Source: Strigamia acuminata
Taxonomy: Eukaryota
Length of the DNA stretch: 64,000 nucleotides
NCBI GenBank assembly: GCA_949358305.1
Contig: OX442314.1
Coordinates: 26,412,001-26,476,000, forward strand
Direction of reading: 5' to 3'
Numbering within the stretch: position 1 is the first letter of the stretch; every line of letters starts with the position of its first letter. Shown here one piece after another: positions 1 to 10,343 of the stretch. The position numbers were made by a program, and so were the translations under genes. The notes beneath the pieces were generated by a model that worked only from the letters and a program-made list of their open reading frames with translations, had not been told where the DNA came from and did no database searches.

Positions 1-242
1 ACGATAGTGCCTTTGAAGAATTCAGTAAATCAATAAAATGAACATTGCAATGGTCTTTCTTTATCTTTTTTGCATATCTTATCCGTAATGAAGTCAGCTT
101 TTGGCTATCTCCACAAGCAATTACATCGGGCATGTACAGAGTGCTATTTTCCACAACCGACACAACTATTTTTGTAGGTTCACTGAAGTACAGTTGTACT
201 TTCATCACCGCCACAGTAGTTGCAATTACAGTGCTTGCAACT

Positions 243-1832
243 TGTGACGGTTACACTGTCATGCACTTTGTTAGTATAGGACGATTACTTCACCAATAGA
301 TGGCGCTGATGCGTTTTAGCGGTAAATTCAAATTTCGACAATTTTTGAGTGAATAAAATATAAATTACTATTTATATTTTATTCCACTGCAACTTTAGAC
401 ACTTTTAAATACTTTTGGATGTTCAAATGCTAGTTGATTTATTTGTCACATAATTCTATTGAATTATGTGCAAACTCTACACCTGGTGAAGTCACCCCCC
501 ATCACCCACTGTGAGTTGGACTCCTTTTGGATTATAGTCAAAGGGACTTAATCCAAAATGTGTCCTGCGTATCCAGTTCCTGTTTTGGACCTAGTAGAAG
601 ACTATGTCCTGAGTATCCACTTCCTATGACCTAGGATTGGATGGATTTGACTGCCCAGTGATCCCATTGGATCACTGAACAGCTATTCTCCTCACCGAGT
701 ATATATCCCCCTGCAAAACGGATATAGCTCGCTCTTGTTCTGTTTTTGTTTGATACTGATATTACTTGAGCACATATTATACTTCTCTGCGTTCCGACAA
801 TCCGTTGTAGAAATACTTTGTATTTAGTGTAAGTATCTAGAGTGGGTAGAAGACTCACAGACACACTGCCCGCCTCTTCATGCCAACATTCCGTTGTAGA
901 AATGTTGTAACTAGAGTGAGTAATTCACAGACACATTTAAGTGTAGTATCTAGAGTGGGGTACAACCCACAGACGCACTCCCTCCAGCTTCATGCCAACA
1001 TTCCGTTGTAGAGTGCAGAATCTAGAGTGGAGTAAAATTCACAGACGCATTGGTAATGTAGAATCTAGAGTGGAGTATTTATATTTCACAGACGCATTAT
1101 CAGAGTAATCGACGCGGAGTAATTTCCCGGTTACTCTCCCGCCAGCCAGGACCGAGTGGAGTAATTTCCCGGCGATGGATAACCTTTCCTGCGAGATATT
1201 TCGATTCAATTCGTTATTGGTTTGACGGAACATTTAAGTCTAACTTAGATGTTGATTGCACTCGGGGCAAAAAATAGCTCGGCGCTATTTTAATATATTT
1301 TACTTATTTTCATAGTTTTAGTTAAGTTTGTGACTCTAAAATATCATGATTAATTCCATAGAATTAATATGAATATTTATTCTCACATTGTTACATCTCG
1401 CGGTAATTATTGATTACAACAATTATCTGCGATGCGATGTGTGTGACGATACAGAAAAGTCAACCGCACCTCTCGGATATAACCCACCCAGCCTAACCAT
1501 TTACACGCCTTTTAGAACCAAACCCCGGACCATTTAGAAGCCAAAGCCATTCATAGATGACATCTTTTACGTCACAGCAATAAGACCGTTACAAATTCTT
1601 ATTGCATGACTGAAGCCTTCAAATGATATTATTTCAGGGCTTTTGCCAAACAACTGTATAGTTTAACTTCTCGTCATTTTAGCCACTTGTAGGCATAGTA
1701 TTTATATAAGGTTCAAACCGGAATAAATGTTATATGTTTTGAGAAAACATCAGGTTTGCATATTTTACATTTTCACACAGATAGTTCACACTTTAGTTTA
1801 GCAATTGCTATCTCCAGAAGGTAATCGTCACA
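243..1832 (+). repeat. 5' LTR of Gypsy element
   Basis: TG...CA ends, terminal inverted repeat tgtgacggttac/gtaatcgtcaca. No difference from the 3' LTR seen by eye; the ORF-track peptides are identical in both. Confidence 0.97.
1703..1727 (+). promoter_or_regulatory. Candidate LTR TATA box (TATATAAG, 1703-1710) and poly(A) signal (AATAAA, 1722-1727)
   Basis: Motifs and order typical of a U3/R boundary; implies a ~1.45-kb U3. Other AATAAA motifs exist in the LTR, so the assignment is inferred. Confidence 0.5.
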
Positions 1833-1834
1833 CG

Positions 1835-1852
1835 TGGAGGTTCTACCGAGAT
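1835..1852 (+). promoter_or_regulatory. Primer-binding site complementary to tRNA-Gln
   Basis: TGGAGGTTCTACCGAGAT, 2 nt after the LTR. Its reverse complement ATCTCGGTAGAACCTCCA matches the 3' end of animal tRNA-Gln plus CCA. Confidence 0.88.
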
Positions 1853-2710
1853 AGGTTGCATTTTATCGAAGTGAACTCTGTGATCAAAGTGTAAATTGAA
1901 AAATGAATTTTCTTGATTATTTTATATAGATATTATAATTAGAAAATTTCCGATTTTTCTCTATAGATTTACTGTGAAATATCCATTTGTTTTCAAAAAA
2001 ATTCTCATTATCTTTTGGAAATATCTGAATTCGAATTTTTGGATTATTTTGAAAAAAAACTCATTATAATTTCGAATCTCTTACGAAAAATCTATTATGA
2101 TTTTATTGAGTTTCCCAGAATATTCAGCTATATTCTGGAAAATTTCGAAACCTTGAATTTTGATCAAAAAACGAATTTGACTAGAAATCCTGCTGACTGA
2201 AAAATAAAAAGTTAAAGTATTTTATTTTGCTGGTTAAAAACTTGACCAAGTTTCTATTGTTCTGTTTTCAATGTTTTTGATTATTATTTTAATCTTTAAC
2301 AAAGTAAAGAATGTGACAAAGAGAACCACTCACGATGCAGCTCGGAGTAGGTCATCCAGATGTGACATTGTTGAGAATTTCGGATTAGAAATTATCAGGA
2401 ATTTTTCAACATCGCCAATCACAGCAGACTGTCTTGACAAAGGAGATTTTCCGGAAGCTAGTTTGACAACCAATATTCAGCCACACTTGCTTTTCGACAG
2501 TGCGACCATCCAGTTGTGCCTTTGTGACCAGTGCCCGTTTGGACCATTCTTGACCACGCAATAGGACAGTTTTTCCGAAGCCACTTCAGTTTCAGCAGCT
2601 AAGGTTGTATTTTTTCAAATTATTTCTTAGTTTAATATTAAGCGTGTTACATTTACGCTAGTTCAGTTAAAGTTTATTTTTTCTTTTGTACGTGTATTTC
2701 TTTGAGTATT

Positions 2711-4759
2711 ATGGCCCGTAGACCTGTAAGAGTTCGTGGAACACGAGGAAATCGTGGAGCACGACGACGTGGTGGTATGTGTGAAACACCAAGAGGAATT
2801 GTGGAGTCTGATCTAGAAAGCCAGGGGGAAGAAAATGTTCCTAGAGACGTTTCCAACCCAGGTAGTTCTCGAACGGATCCACTATCAGTCCCACATGATT
2901 TAGAAGTTTACTGTCGCCATTACCAATTGGAAGTGACGCAGTTTTCCTCTTTGTGTGAAGCTCAACAATACACGGCGAATAATCATCACGAGAGAAATCG
3001 TGTAATTACTCCCGATGTAGTTGTAACCAACGAACAAAGTGTTTCTGTAGATCGAACTGGCCCTCGTTCGCCGGCCACATATCGCTACCAGCAATTGCCT
3101 GGATGGCGAATGAATGTTGCTCGTGACGACAATGGGCAGTTAAATTCTTCACTATCTGTTCAACCTTTGATTCAGTTACCAACTAGTTCTTGGCGATCGA
3201 ATTCGGCCGAAAGAATGGGAAATTCCGGACAAAGAAATATTTCTGCGCCAATTTCCCGAAATTTACCAAGTGCGACGGCTGTAAATAATATTTTACCCGC
3301 TCCCACTGGGAATTTGAATGATTCTTTCAGAGTTCCACAGCCTCGAACTAATCTGTCGGTCCAACCAAGGGGGAGAAATGAAAATTATCAAAATTTTCAA
3401 TCTCACACCCAATCTGATGGAGATTTTAGGAATTATAGAAATTCCCGCTCTCAAGGTGGACGAGCTCCGCCGAGAAATCAACGATTTCCCGGAGCTCCTG
3501 GTGATCCGCGTGACTCCGATCCTAACTCGAGTAGTGACGAATCTCACGCTGGTGGAGGGGGAAATTATAACAATAATTTCCACCGACGTAATAATTCTCG
3601 TTCTCCACCGCCACCTGATAGACATCAAAATTTTCAAGGAGAGCCAAATCCGCCACCCAGAGACCAAGGAAGTCGGTCTACACCCAATTCGAACTCTGCT
3701 TCTAATTTGTCGGACGAAAATGTAAAACAAATTATTCAGGGTTTAGTTGGTCAAATCCGAAGCCCGAGTAATCCCAGTCAGAATTTTGGAAAAGGAATCG
3801 AGATTCCTATTTTTGACGGGAAACAGACAGAGGTTGCGCGATTCCTTGAAATCGTCAAAGCTGTCGCACTCGGGAAAGGCATCCCTTTAGACGACATGGT
3901 ACACACTGCTGTACCTGGACGACTATTAGGCCATGCACAACGTTGGTTCCATAAGCAACGCCATACTTTTAACAGTTGGCGAACTTTCGAAGCCTCTTTT
4001 CTCGATTGTTTCGACCTCGTTCCACTTACAAGAGAAAGGCGACTTCTTAATGTAAAACAACGAGCCGACGAGTCACTTTATAGTTTTCTTCTGCGTTATA
4101 CGCAAGAACAAGGTGAAGTGCCGCCAGGTGATAAAACTGGACGTGCGCAATTATTCGACAATTTAACTCAAGAAAGTTTCACGGCGTTATGTACACAAGG
4201 AATGTATGGTAACTTTACAGTAGATGACATTCTACAATATGTAGGAGCAAATCGCTCTAAGTTTGAAAGTTCTCAACTTGCAGCAAAATTGGAGTACGAT
4301 AATCGAGAGAATCATCCTACTCCCAAACTTCACGAAAAATCTAAGATTTTTCCATCTAAAACTTCACTACGTTTAACGCAAACTCAAGATGAAGTTGAAA
4401 ATGAAGACGAGTCGGAAAATGACGACTCAACTGACGATGGTTCAATGGAGCGATTATTTGCCGCCCAGTATGAAAAGACTACTGGAAAATGCTTTTTCTG
4501 TCACGAGCCTGGACATTTTAAAAGAGAATGTCCCGCCCTTGCCAAAAAATTAGCAGGGAAAACAGACTCGTTAAATTCAAATAAAAGATTTAACCACTCT
4601 GCTCCCAACCCCGAGTTTAAACGACCCAAACAAAATTGGGTTACGTCAGAAACTTTAGACTCCAAATTTACTGACTTCCAGAAAAACATGGTTGACCTGT
4701 TAATTAAGCATTTACCAGCAGCCACTGAGTCAGTCACTCCCGACGAGACAAAAAACTGA
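2711..4759 (+). CDS. gag: Gag polyprotein (Arg-rich N-terminus, long disordered region, capsid-like region, CCHC zinc knuckle)
   Basis: First ATG at 2711; capsid-like IPIFDG...LLGHAQRWF...W..F...FL; knuckle CFFCHEPGHFKREC. Confidence 0.92.
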   Translation: MARRPVRVRGTRGNRGARRRGGMCETPRGIVESDLESQGEENVPRDVSNPGSSRTDPLSVPHDLEVYCRHYQLEVTQFSSLCEAQQYTANNHHERNRVITPDVVVTNEQSVSVDRTGPRSPATYRYQQLPGWRMNVARDDNGQLNSSLSVQPLIQLPTSSWRSNSAERMGNSGQRNISAPISRNLPSATAVNNILPAPTGNLNDSFRVPQPRTNLSVQPRGRNENYQNFQSHTQSDGDFRNYRNSRSQGGRAPPRNQRFPGAPGDPRDSDPNSSSDESHAGGGGNYNNNFHRRNNSRSPPPPDRHQNFQGEPNPPPRDQGSRSTPNSNSASNLSDENVKQIIQGLVGQIRSPSNPSQNFGKGIEIPIFDGKQTEVARFLEIVKAVALGKGIPLDDMVHTAVPGRLLGHAQRWFHKQRHTFNSWRTFEASFLDCFDLVPLTRERRLLNVKQRADESLYSFLLRYTQEQGEVPPGDKTGRAQLFDNLTQESFTALCTQGMYGNFTVDDILQYVGANRSKFESSQLAAKLEYDNRENHPTPKLHEKSKIFPSKTSLRLTQTQDEVENEDESENDDSTDDGSMERLFAAQYEKTTGKCFFCHEPGHFKRECPALAKKLAGKTDSLNSNKRFNHSAPNPEFKRPKQNWVTSETLDSKFTDFQKNMVDLLIKHLPAATESVTPDETKN

Positions 4760-4797
4760 TTCAGGGGGTTGTTCAAGTTGCCCAACCCCCGCTTAAA
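4750..4797 (+). promoter_or_regulatory. -1 programmed ribosomal frameshift signal (gag-pol)
   Basis: A AAA AAC (4750-4756) in the gag frame just before TGA, a 7-nt spacer, then an 8-bp stem GGGGGTTG/CAACCCCC (4764-4790). Pol is in the -1 frame and open from the slip site. Confidence 0.88.
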
Positions 4798-7700
4798 GAG
4801 TTGTTTCCTTTCTCGGAATTGTCAAATGATTTATTTTTACGAAAAGATGAATTTAAATTAAGACATAAGCCTAGTCATCTCACAGTACCTTATGTCGATG
4901 ATTCGAAGAATAAACCACCATCGTTGGTCATTTCTTACGAAGCAGTACCTGTCTGTCGAAAGACTAGCAGCTCTACTGGCGGTGTCGATGAAAATTTAAA
5001 AGTCATGACAGACCAACTAGAAAATTTGAGTATTTTCAGTGGAAGCTGGAATGCACCCAAGAAACCGCTTGTACCCAAGGTTTTCAAGTTAAGAAAACTT
5101 CTTAAACTTGAAAAATGGAACAAGAAAGAACGAAAAGTATTGCTTGGCAAACTTTGCAATAGCAAATTAATTAATGGTGGCAAAGATGATCCGCGTATGA
5201 ATGTCCAAATTGGAGGTTTGGATTACAACGCACTAATGGACTCTGGAGCCACCCAATGTTTTATTGGAGTACAACTCCTCTCAAACACGGAAATTCCGGT
5301 GGAATTCATACAAGAATGTCCCCGGGGAATGCGTGTCTGCGCGGTCGGAATAGATCACCGACCTATCGGTCAAGTTTGTCTTTGTGTCAAATGGGCCGAT
5401 AAAAGGAGAGTTACACCTACGACCTTCATAATTCTACACAAGAATGTATGTGGGTTGATTTTGGGTCACAATTTTATGCGTAGAACGGGGATAAACCCTA
5501 ATCCCCGACGAGCAGTGTTCACCTGTGATGACATGCCCGGATGGACAGCCCCGTACGAGACCACTGAACTTAACTGTTGCTTAGCAAGCATTAAGACTTT
5601 GGGCCTCCAAGGTGAAGGAACTCCCACTTCACCGGACTGGGCAGAAAAACTCGTCGAAGGCTGCAACAGTTCGGCGGAAGAAAAACAGTTACTCGTAAAC
5701 GTTCTTGTACAATTAAAAAACGTATTTCGAGACCAATTGGGCTGTACGAAGGTTGCCAAGCACAGCATCAAGTTTAAACCTGGTGCTACTTGGAAACACC
5801 AGCCGTATAGAATGTACAATCCGGCCAAGAAGGCGATTATGACGGAATTGGTCGAGGAGTTAGAGGCCGATGGGTTAATCGAACCTGCCACTGGCCCTTA
5901 TATAAGTCACCCCGTCATAGTGGCTAAACCCGGCGGGAAGTATCGATTATGTATCGACTACCGCTGGTTGAATGCGATCACAGAAGTTGATGCAATTCAA
6001 ATGCCAAGTATTGACCTATTAATTCACCATACTAATCAGGCCAAGTACTTTACATCCATTGATTTAACTAAAGGTTATCATCAAATGGAAATGGAGGAGG
6101 AGGATAAGAGTAAAACTGCTTTTTACACCCCAAAAGGCAAATTTCAATTCAAAAGGTTGCCATTTGGTCTTTGTAATGCACCCAGCTCTTTTCAACACCT
6201 CATGACTACCGTATTGGGTGACTCTTTATATAAACATGCTCTGGTCTATTTAGACGATATAATTATTTTTTCCGACACATGGGAAAATCATTTATTACAT
6301 ATTAAAGACGTACTTGAGAAGTTGGATGCCGCGAATCTAACTATCAATAAAGACAAGTCAAAATTTGGTCGAACATCATTACGATTTTTAGGCCATTTAA
6401 TTTCGGAGGGATCTCTTCTTCCAGACCCTGACAAAGTCTCGGCTGTAAGGAATTTTCCCAAACCGACTTGCTCTAAAGACATTCAAAGATTTGTAGGACT
6501 TGCGAATTTTTTCCGAAAATTTATTCCTAACATCGCAAATATTGCTCGTCCATTGACCAATATTATGCATGATCAAGCAAAGTTTGTGTGGGATGATCCA
6601 CAAACAACTGCATTCGAAACTATCAAAGATATTTTGTGTGACAAGGACCAAGCCCTTCTCCACATGCCAGATATGAATAAGCCTTTTGTCATTTTGACAG
6701 ATGCTTCTCATTCAGGCTTAGGTGCAGTACTCTGCCAAGATGTCGAGTTATTCTGTGAAAAGAAACAGAAATTAATTATGGTCCCGAAAGCAGTCGCGTA
6801 CGCCAGTCGAGTGTTACACGGGGCCGAAGTAAGGTATTCTACGCCGGAATTGGAGTGTTTGGCCGTTGTATGGGCAATCGAGAGATTTCGCCCATATATA
6901 GAATACACGACTTTCACTCTCGAGTCCGATGCTAAAGCTCTTAGCTGGTTGATGAGTACGCCGGAACCATCCGGAAGGTTTGGTCGTTGGGCCGTCAAAA
7001 TACAATGTGGCGCGTTTAAAATTATTTTTAGACGCGGCGCAATGAACCAAGTAGCGGACGCATTATCACGCGCTCCACTGTCTGCACTAGACACTCCGGA
7101 TTATGATTATATCGAACCAGAGGAGATCACCCATTTCTATCCAACTTGGAATGGAAACAGGTGTGCATCTTTACAAGTGACGGAAACTGAGCGCAAACAT
7201 TTTCTTACAAATGTTGGCCTTAGTTTAGACTTTTTCTCAGAATCATATAATCCAGTTAGATTTCATGATTCTGGAGAAAAGGGGGAGGAAGAAGGATGTA
7301 CAAGAGAAAATTGCAGACATATAGATGTCCACAATTGTAATCACGAAAATGTACACACTGCGCTAACAGATATCCTAAAAGTAGTTCCGCCGACGCGAGA
7401 CGAAATTATCGAAGCGCAGCTTAAAGATCCAGCATGTAGTAAAATCCTTGTTTACCTAAAAGGAGACGAAAAATTAAAAAATCGTATCACGGATAAACAT
7501 TGGTTAAATGCGATTCGTGGCTACACTCTCGACGAACCGGAAGAAAATAAAGGTGTTATGCTAATTTATTTTGCTCCGACCGATGAGGAAGAGTTAAACG
7601 ACTCTGGCAACGGGTTTAAGGCGGTAATTCCACGCTCTCTCGTGAGACGTGCATTATTCGCATGCCATGGCCACCCACTTACAGGACACGCTGGCATGAG

Positions 7701-9036
7701 CAAAACCCTAGATAGAGCAAAACAGATGTATTTCTGGCCTAGAATGAGCAAAGACACTCGAAACTACGTTCGCAGTTGCACTCATTGCCAACAATACAAA
7801 CCTAGCCAACACCAAAAGCATCGGGCAAGCTATACACCTCACAACATGACCAACCCGTGGGAGACTGTAAGCATTGACCTGATGGGACCAAAACCAGCCG
7901 GTCGTTCACAATTAAAATGGATTTTAGTAATCATTGATAATTGTACAAAATGGATTGAAGTCTTCCCATTAGCGACTGCATCAAGTGAATGCATCGTTAA
8001 TAAAATGAGCGAAGTTTTCCACCGTTGGGGATATCCAAAAAAGATAATCTCCGACAACGGCAAACAATTCGTGTCAACAATATTTAATGATTTTTGTCGA
8101 AAAAATCACGTAGATATTGCTCACATTAGCCCATATCACGCTGCCGCTAATATTACAGAGCGGGCTAACAGGACTTTAAAAATGATGTTAGCTTTATACT
8201 CGGACATTCACTCCCACTGGCCAAAATACTTAAATTCTTTTGCCTTTGCGATGCGCACCGCTAAGTCCGAGGCAACAAATTGTTCACCGATGATTCTTAA
8301 TACGGGAAGAATCGTCCCTTTGCCATTTGACCCGCGTATTACTAAACACGCCATCAAATTCGACAAAGAGAATCCCGAAGCTTATGTCTATAGTATTTTA
8401 GACGTAATTAGACGTGCACACAGCGAAATGCATCGGAAAATTCAATCGAATTACGAAAAGCATGATCGACTACATAAAGACAAATATTATATTTGTCAAT
8501 TTGCCAAAGGAGATCTCGTGTGGAAAGCCACACATATTTTATCAAATAAAGATAAAGGGATTTCGGCAGGATTCGCTGAGAAACGTGATGGACCTTGGGA
8601 AATTACGGCTGTTCTCGGCGGAGGTTCCTACACACTACGTAAGCTTTCTGATAACACGAAAGCAAAAGCGATCAACATACAGGATTTAATGCCTTATATC
8701 CCAAGTTACCCAATTGAGGAATGGACATTAGATCAGAAAGTCGGTACCAACGAATCACACCCGACTCCAGATTGGATGGCAGGTCAGGTTATTAATTCTT
8801 CAGAATTAATAAATGAACCTGTGTCCATGGAAACAGAGGATTTAGTTGAAGAGAAAGAGGAGGAAACTTCTCAGATTTCTTCTAAAGAGGACGAAACTCC
8901 TCAAAATTCATCCAAAAAGAGGAAAAGATTTCCATCTCCCGTTCGACAGTCTAAACGTAGACCCAAGCCGAACACAAAATACGTGACCGATTTTGTACAA
9001 CTCGTAAATTGTCTAAAACAAGTCAAGTTGGGTTAG
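4753..9036 (+). CDS. pol: Pol polyprotein: aspartic protease, reverse transcriptase, RNase H, integrase
   Basis: ALMDSGAT (PR); YRLCIDYR, LPFGL, YLDD (RT); TDAS...ELECLAV (RH); H..H...CTHC zinc finger, IDLMGP/SDNG/TERANR (DDE) and GPW module (IN). No internal stops. Confidence 0.96.
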   Translation, partial: KLIQGVVQVAQPPLKELFPFSELSNDLFLRKDEFKLRHKPSHLTVPYVDDSKNKPPSLVISYEAVPVCRKTSSSTGGVDENLKVMTDQLENLSIFSGSWNAPKKPLVPKVFKLRKLLKLEKWNKKERKVLLGKLCNSKLINGGKDDPRMNVQIGGLDYNALMDSGATQCFIGVQLLSNTEIPVEFIQECPRGMRVCAVGIDHRPIGQVCLCVKWADKRRVTPTTFIILHKNVCGLILGHNFMRRTGINPNPRRAVFTCDDMPGWTAPYETTELNCCLASIKTLGLQGEGTPTSPDWAEKLVEGCNSSAEEKQLLVNVLVQLKNVFRDQLGCTKVAKHSIKFKPGATWKHQPYRMYNPAKKAIMTELVEELEADGLIEPATGPYISHPVIVAKPGGKYRLCIDYRWLNAITEVDAIQMPSIDLLIHHTNQAKYFTSIDLTKGYHQMEMEEEDKSKTAFYTPKGKFQFKRLPFGLCNAPSSFQHLMTTVLGDSLYKHALVYLDDIIIFSDTWENHLLHIKDVLEKLDAANLTINKDKSKFGRTSLRFLGHLISEGSLLPDPDKVSAVRNFPKPTCSKDIQRFVGLANFFRKFIPNIANIARPLTNIMHDQAKFVWDDPQTTAFETIKDILCDKDQALLHMPDMNKPFVILTDASHSGLGAVLCQDVELFCEKKQKLIMVPKAVAYASRVLHGAEVRYSTPELECLAVVWAIERFRPYIEYTTFTLESDAKALSWLMSTPEPSGRFGRWAVKIQCGAFKIIFRRGAMNQVADALSRAPLSALDTPDYDYIEPEEITHFYPTWNGNRCASLQVTETERKHFLTNVGLSLDFFSESYNPVRFHDSGEKGEEEGCTRENCRHIDVHNCNHENVHTALTDILKVVPPTRDEIIEAQLKDPACSKILVYLKGDEKLKNRITDKHWLNAIRGYTLDEPEENKGVMLIYFAPTDEEELNDSGNGFKAVIPRSLVRRALFACHGHPLTGHAGMSKTLDRAKQMYFWPRMSKDTRNYVRSCTHCQQYKPSQHQKHRASYTPHNMTNPWETVSIDLMGPKPAGRSQLKWILVIIDNCTKWIEVFPLATASSECIVNKMSEVFHRWGYPKKIISDNGKQFVSTIFNDFCRKNHVDIAHISPYHAAANITERANRTLKMMLALYSDIHSHWPKYLNSFAFAMRTAKSEATNCSPMILNTGRIVPLPFDPRITKHAIKFDKENPEAYVYSILDVIRRAHSEMHRKIQSNYEKHDRLHKDKYYICQFAKGDLVWKATHILSNKDKGISAGFAEKRDGPWEITAVLGGGSYTLRKLSDNTKAKAINIQDLMPYIPSYPIEEWTLDQKVGTNESHPTPDWMAGQVINSSELINEPVSMETEDLVEEKEEETSQISSKEDETPQNSSKKRKRFPSPVRQSKRRPKPNTKYVTDFVQLVNCLKQVKLG

Positions 9037-10343
9037 GACACAATATATTGAAAATATTTTATTTTAAATAAATATTTCCAATCATATTCACGAAGAATTG
9101 TTAAATTTTATTAATTAAAAACATTTTTTTTTGATGTGGATAAAATTTAACAAATGTTTGAGTTATTTTTTACACAAGCTGATTGTATTCAAATTAATCT
9201 ACGTGTAAACATTTACTTGAAACTGTGTTTCCCCCTTTGGGTTAATAGAAACTTCGAGATGAGTAATTACAAACCAATCAAATTACTCCTCGAAACTCCC
9301 CTTAACCCCTGGTTTGAGATTATCACTCACTTGTTCGCCAAGTTTTGTACTGGACTGAAATCAAGGATTATTCTCGACCCTTCGACGCTTTAACGGATTT
9401 TCGCTGAAATTTAGTGAGTTAAAATCTAGATGATTTTGAACACTTATCGTTTATTTTACTGATTTTTTCATTTGACAAATATCAGTTCAAATTCAGAAAT
9501 TATCGACACGACGCTGATTATCGAAACCATCTCGTGGACAAAATCGCGAGTAAGCCTTTCACGAACTCACTAAGTGAATTCCCGGTAAATATTTAAGCAA
9601 TATTTTGTCAAAATTTATAATATTTTGACATTAATTGACAACATTTATTTTGGTTAAGCGTTCATTACGGCGGACTTAGAATTCGCACGCGCCGCACAAC
9701 GTTTTTATCGGCCAACATCGCCGGAACCGAGCAGCCCTCGCAAATACGTGAAGCTAGACATTAAACTAGCCAAGTATACCCTTCTAGGACTACACCTAGT
9801 TAGTAAGTGTTTATTTTTTGAAAGATAAAATATCTCTTAAGTTCCTTGGAAATTGGTGAGCAGACATGGGTTAACAAGTCACGTGTATGATAGGGGCAAA
9901 CGCCACCAGATGTCGGTAGTAAATTATTTACTCGGACGAATTGTGGAATTATTCGTACAATTAAAACCATGTAAAATGACTATTGTCGGATGCTAAAAAA
10001 CACTTACAAAAATATTTTTTTTTTAATATTTTTATATGTTTTTTAGTTATTATGTCGTGTAGATACAAAAATTAGGTTTATTTCATTAAATAAACACTAA
10101 TTTGAATATTTTATCAGCGATATTGTGTTAAACGATAAAATGAAATTATATGCCAAGTCGAGAATAATTATTAATCTTAATAATTATTCGACAAATGGAG
10201 GAAACACGCTAACAAGGGAACTTAAGAATTAATTATGAAATTAATCCAGTTGTTGGTCGACAATTAATTTAATTTGAAATTAAATTAATTTCCGACGGTT
10301 GATTCATGTTCTCAAATAAAATTTATATTTTCTTGAAGATGCA

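Noticed and set aside
795..1099. CRISPR-like array or self-cleaving ribozymes in the LTR repeats
   Set aside because: Eukaryotic LTR with no cas genes or unique spacers; no hammerhead (CUGANGA/GAAA) or other ribozyme core recognised in these units.
631..1233. Small minus-strand ORFs duplicated at 13032-13634
   Set aside because: Duplicated only because they lie in the LTRs; non-ATG or short, with no motifs.
2900..8689. Short antisense/overlapping ORFs within gag-pol (and within the BEL ORF and host exons)
   Set aside because: Shadow ORFs without recognisable motifs.
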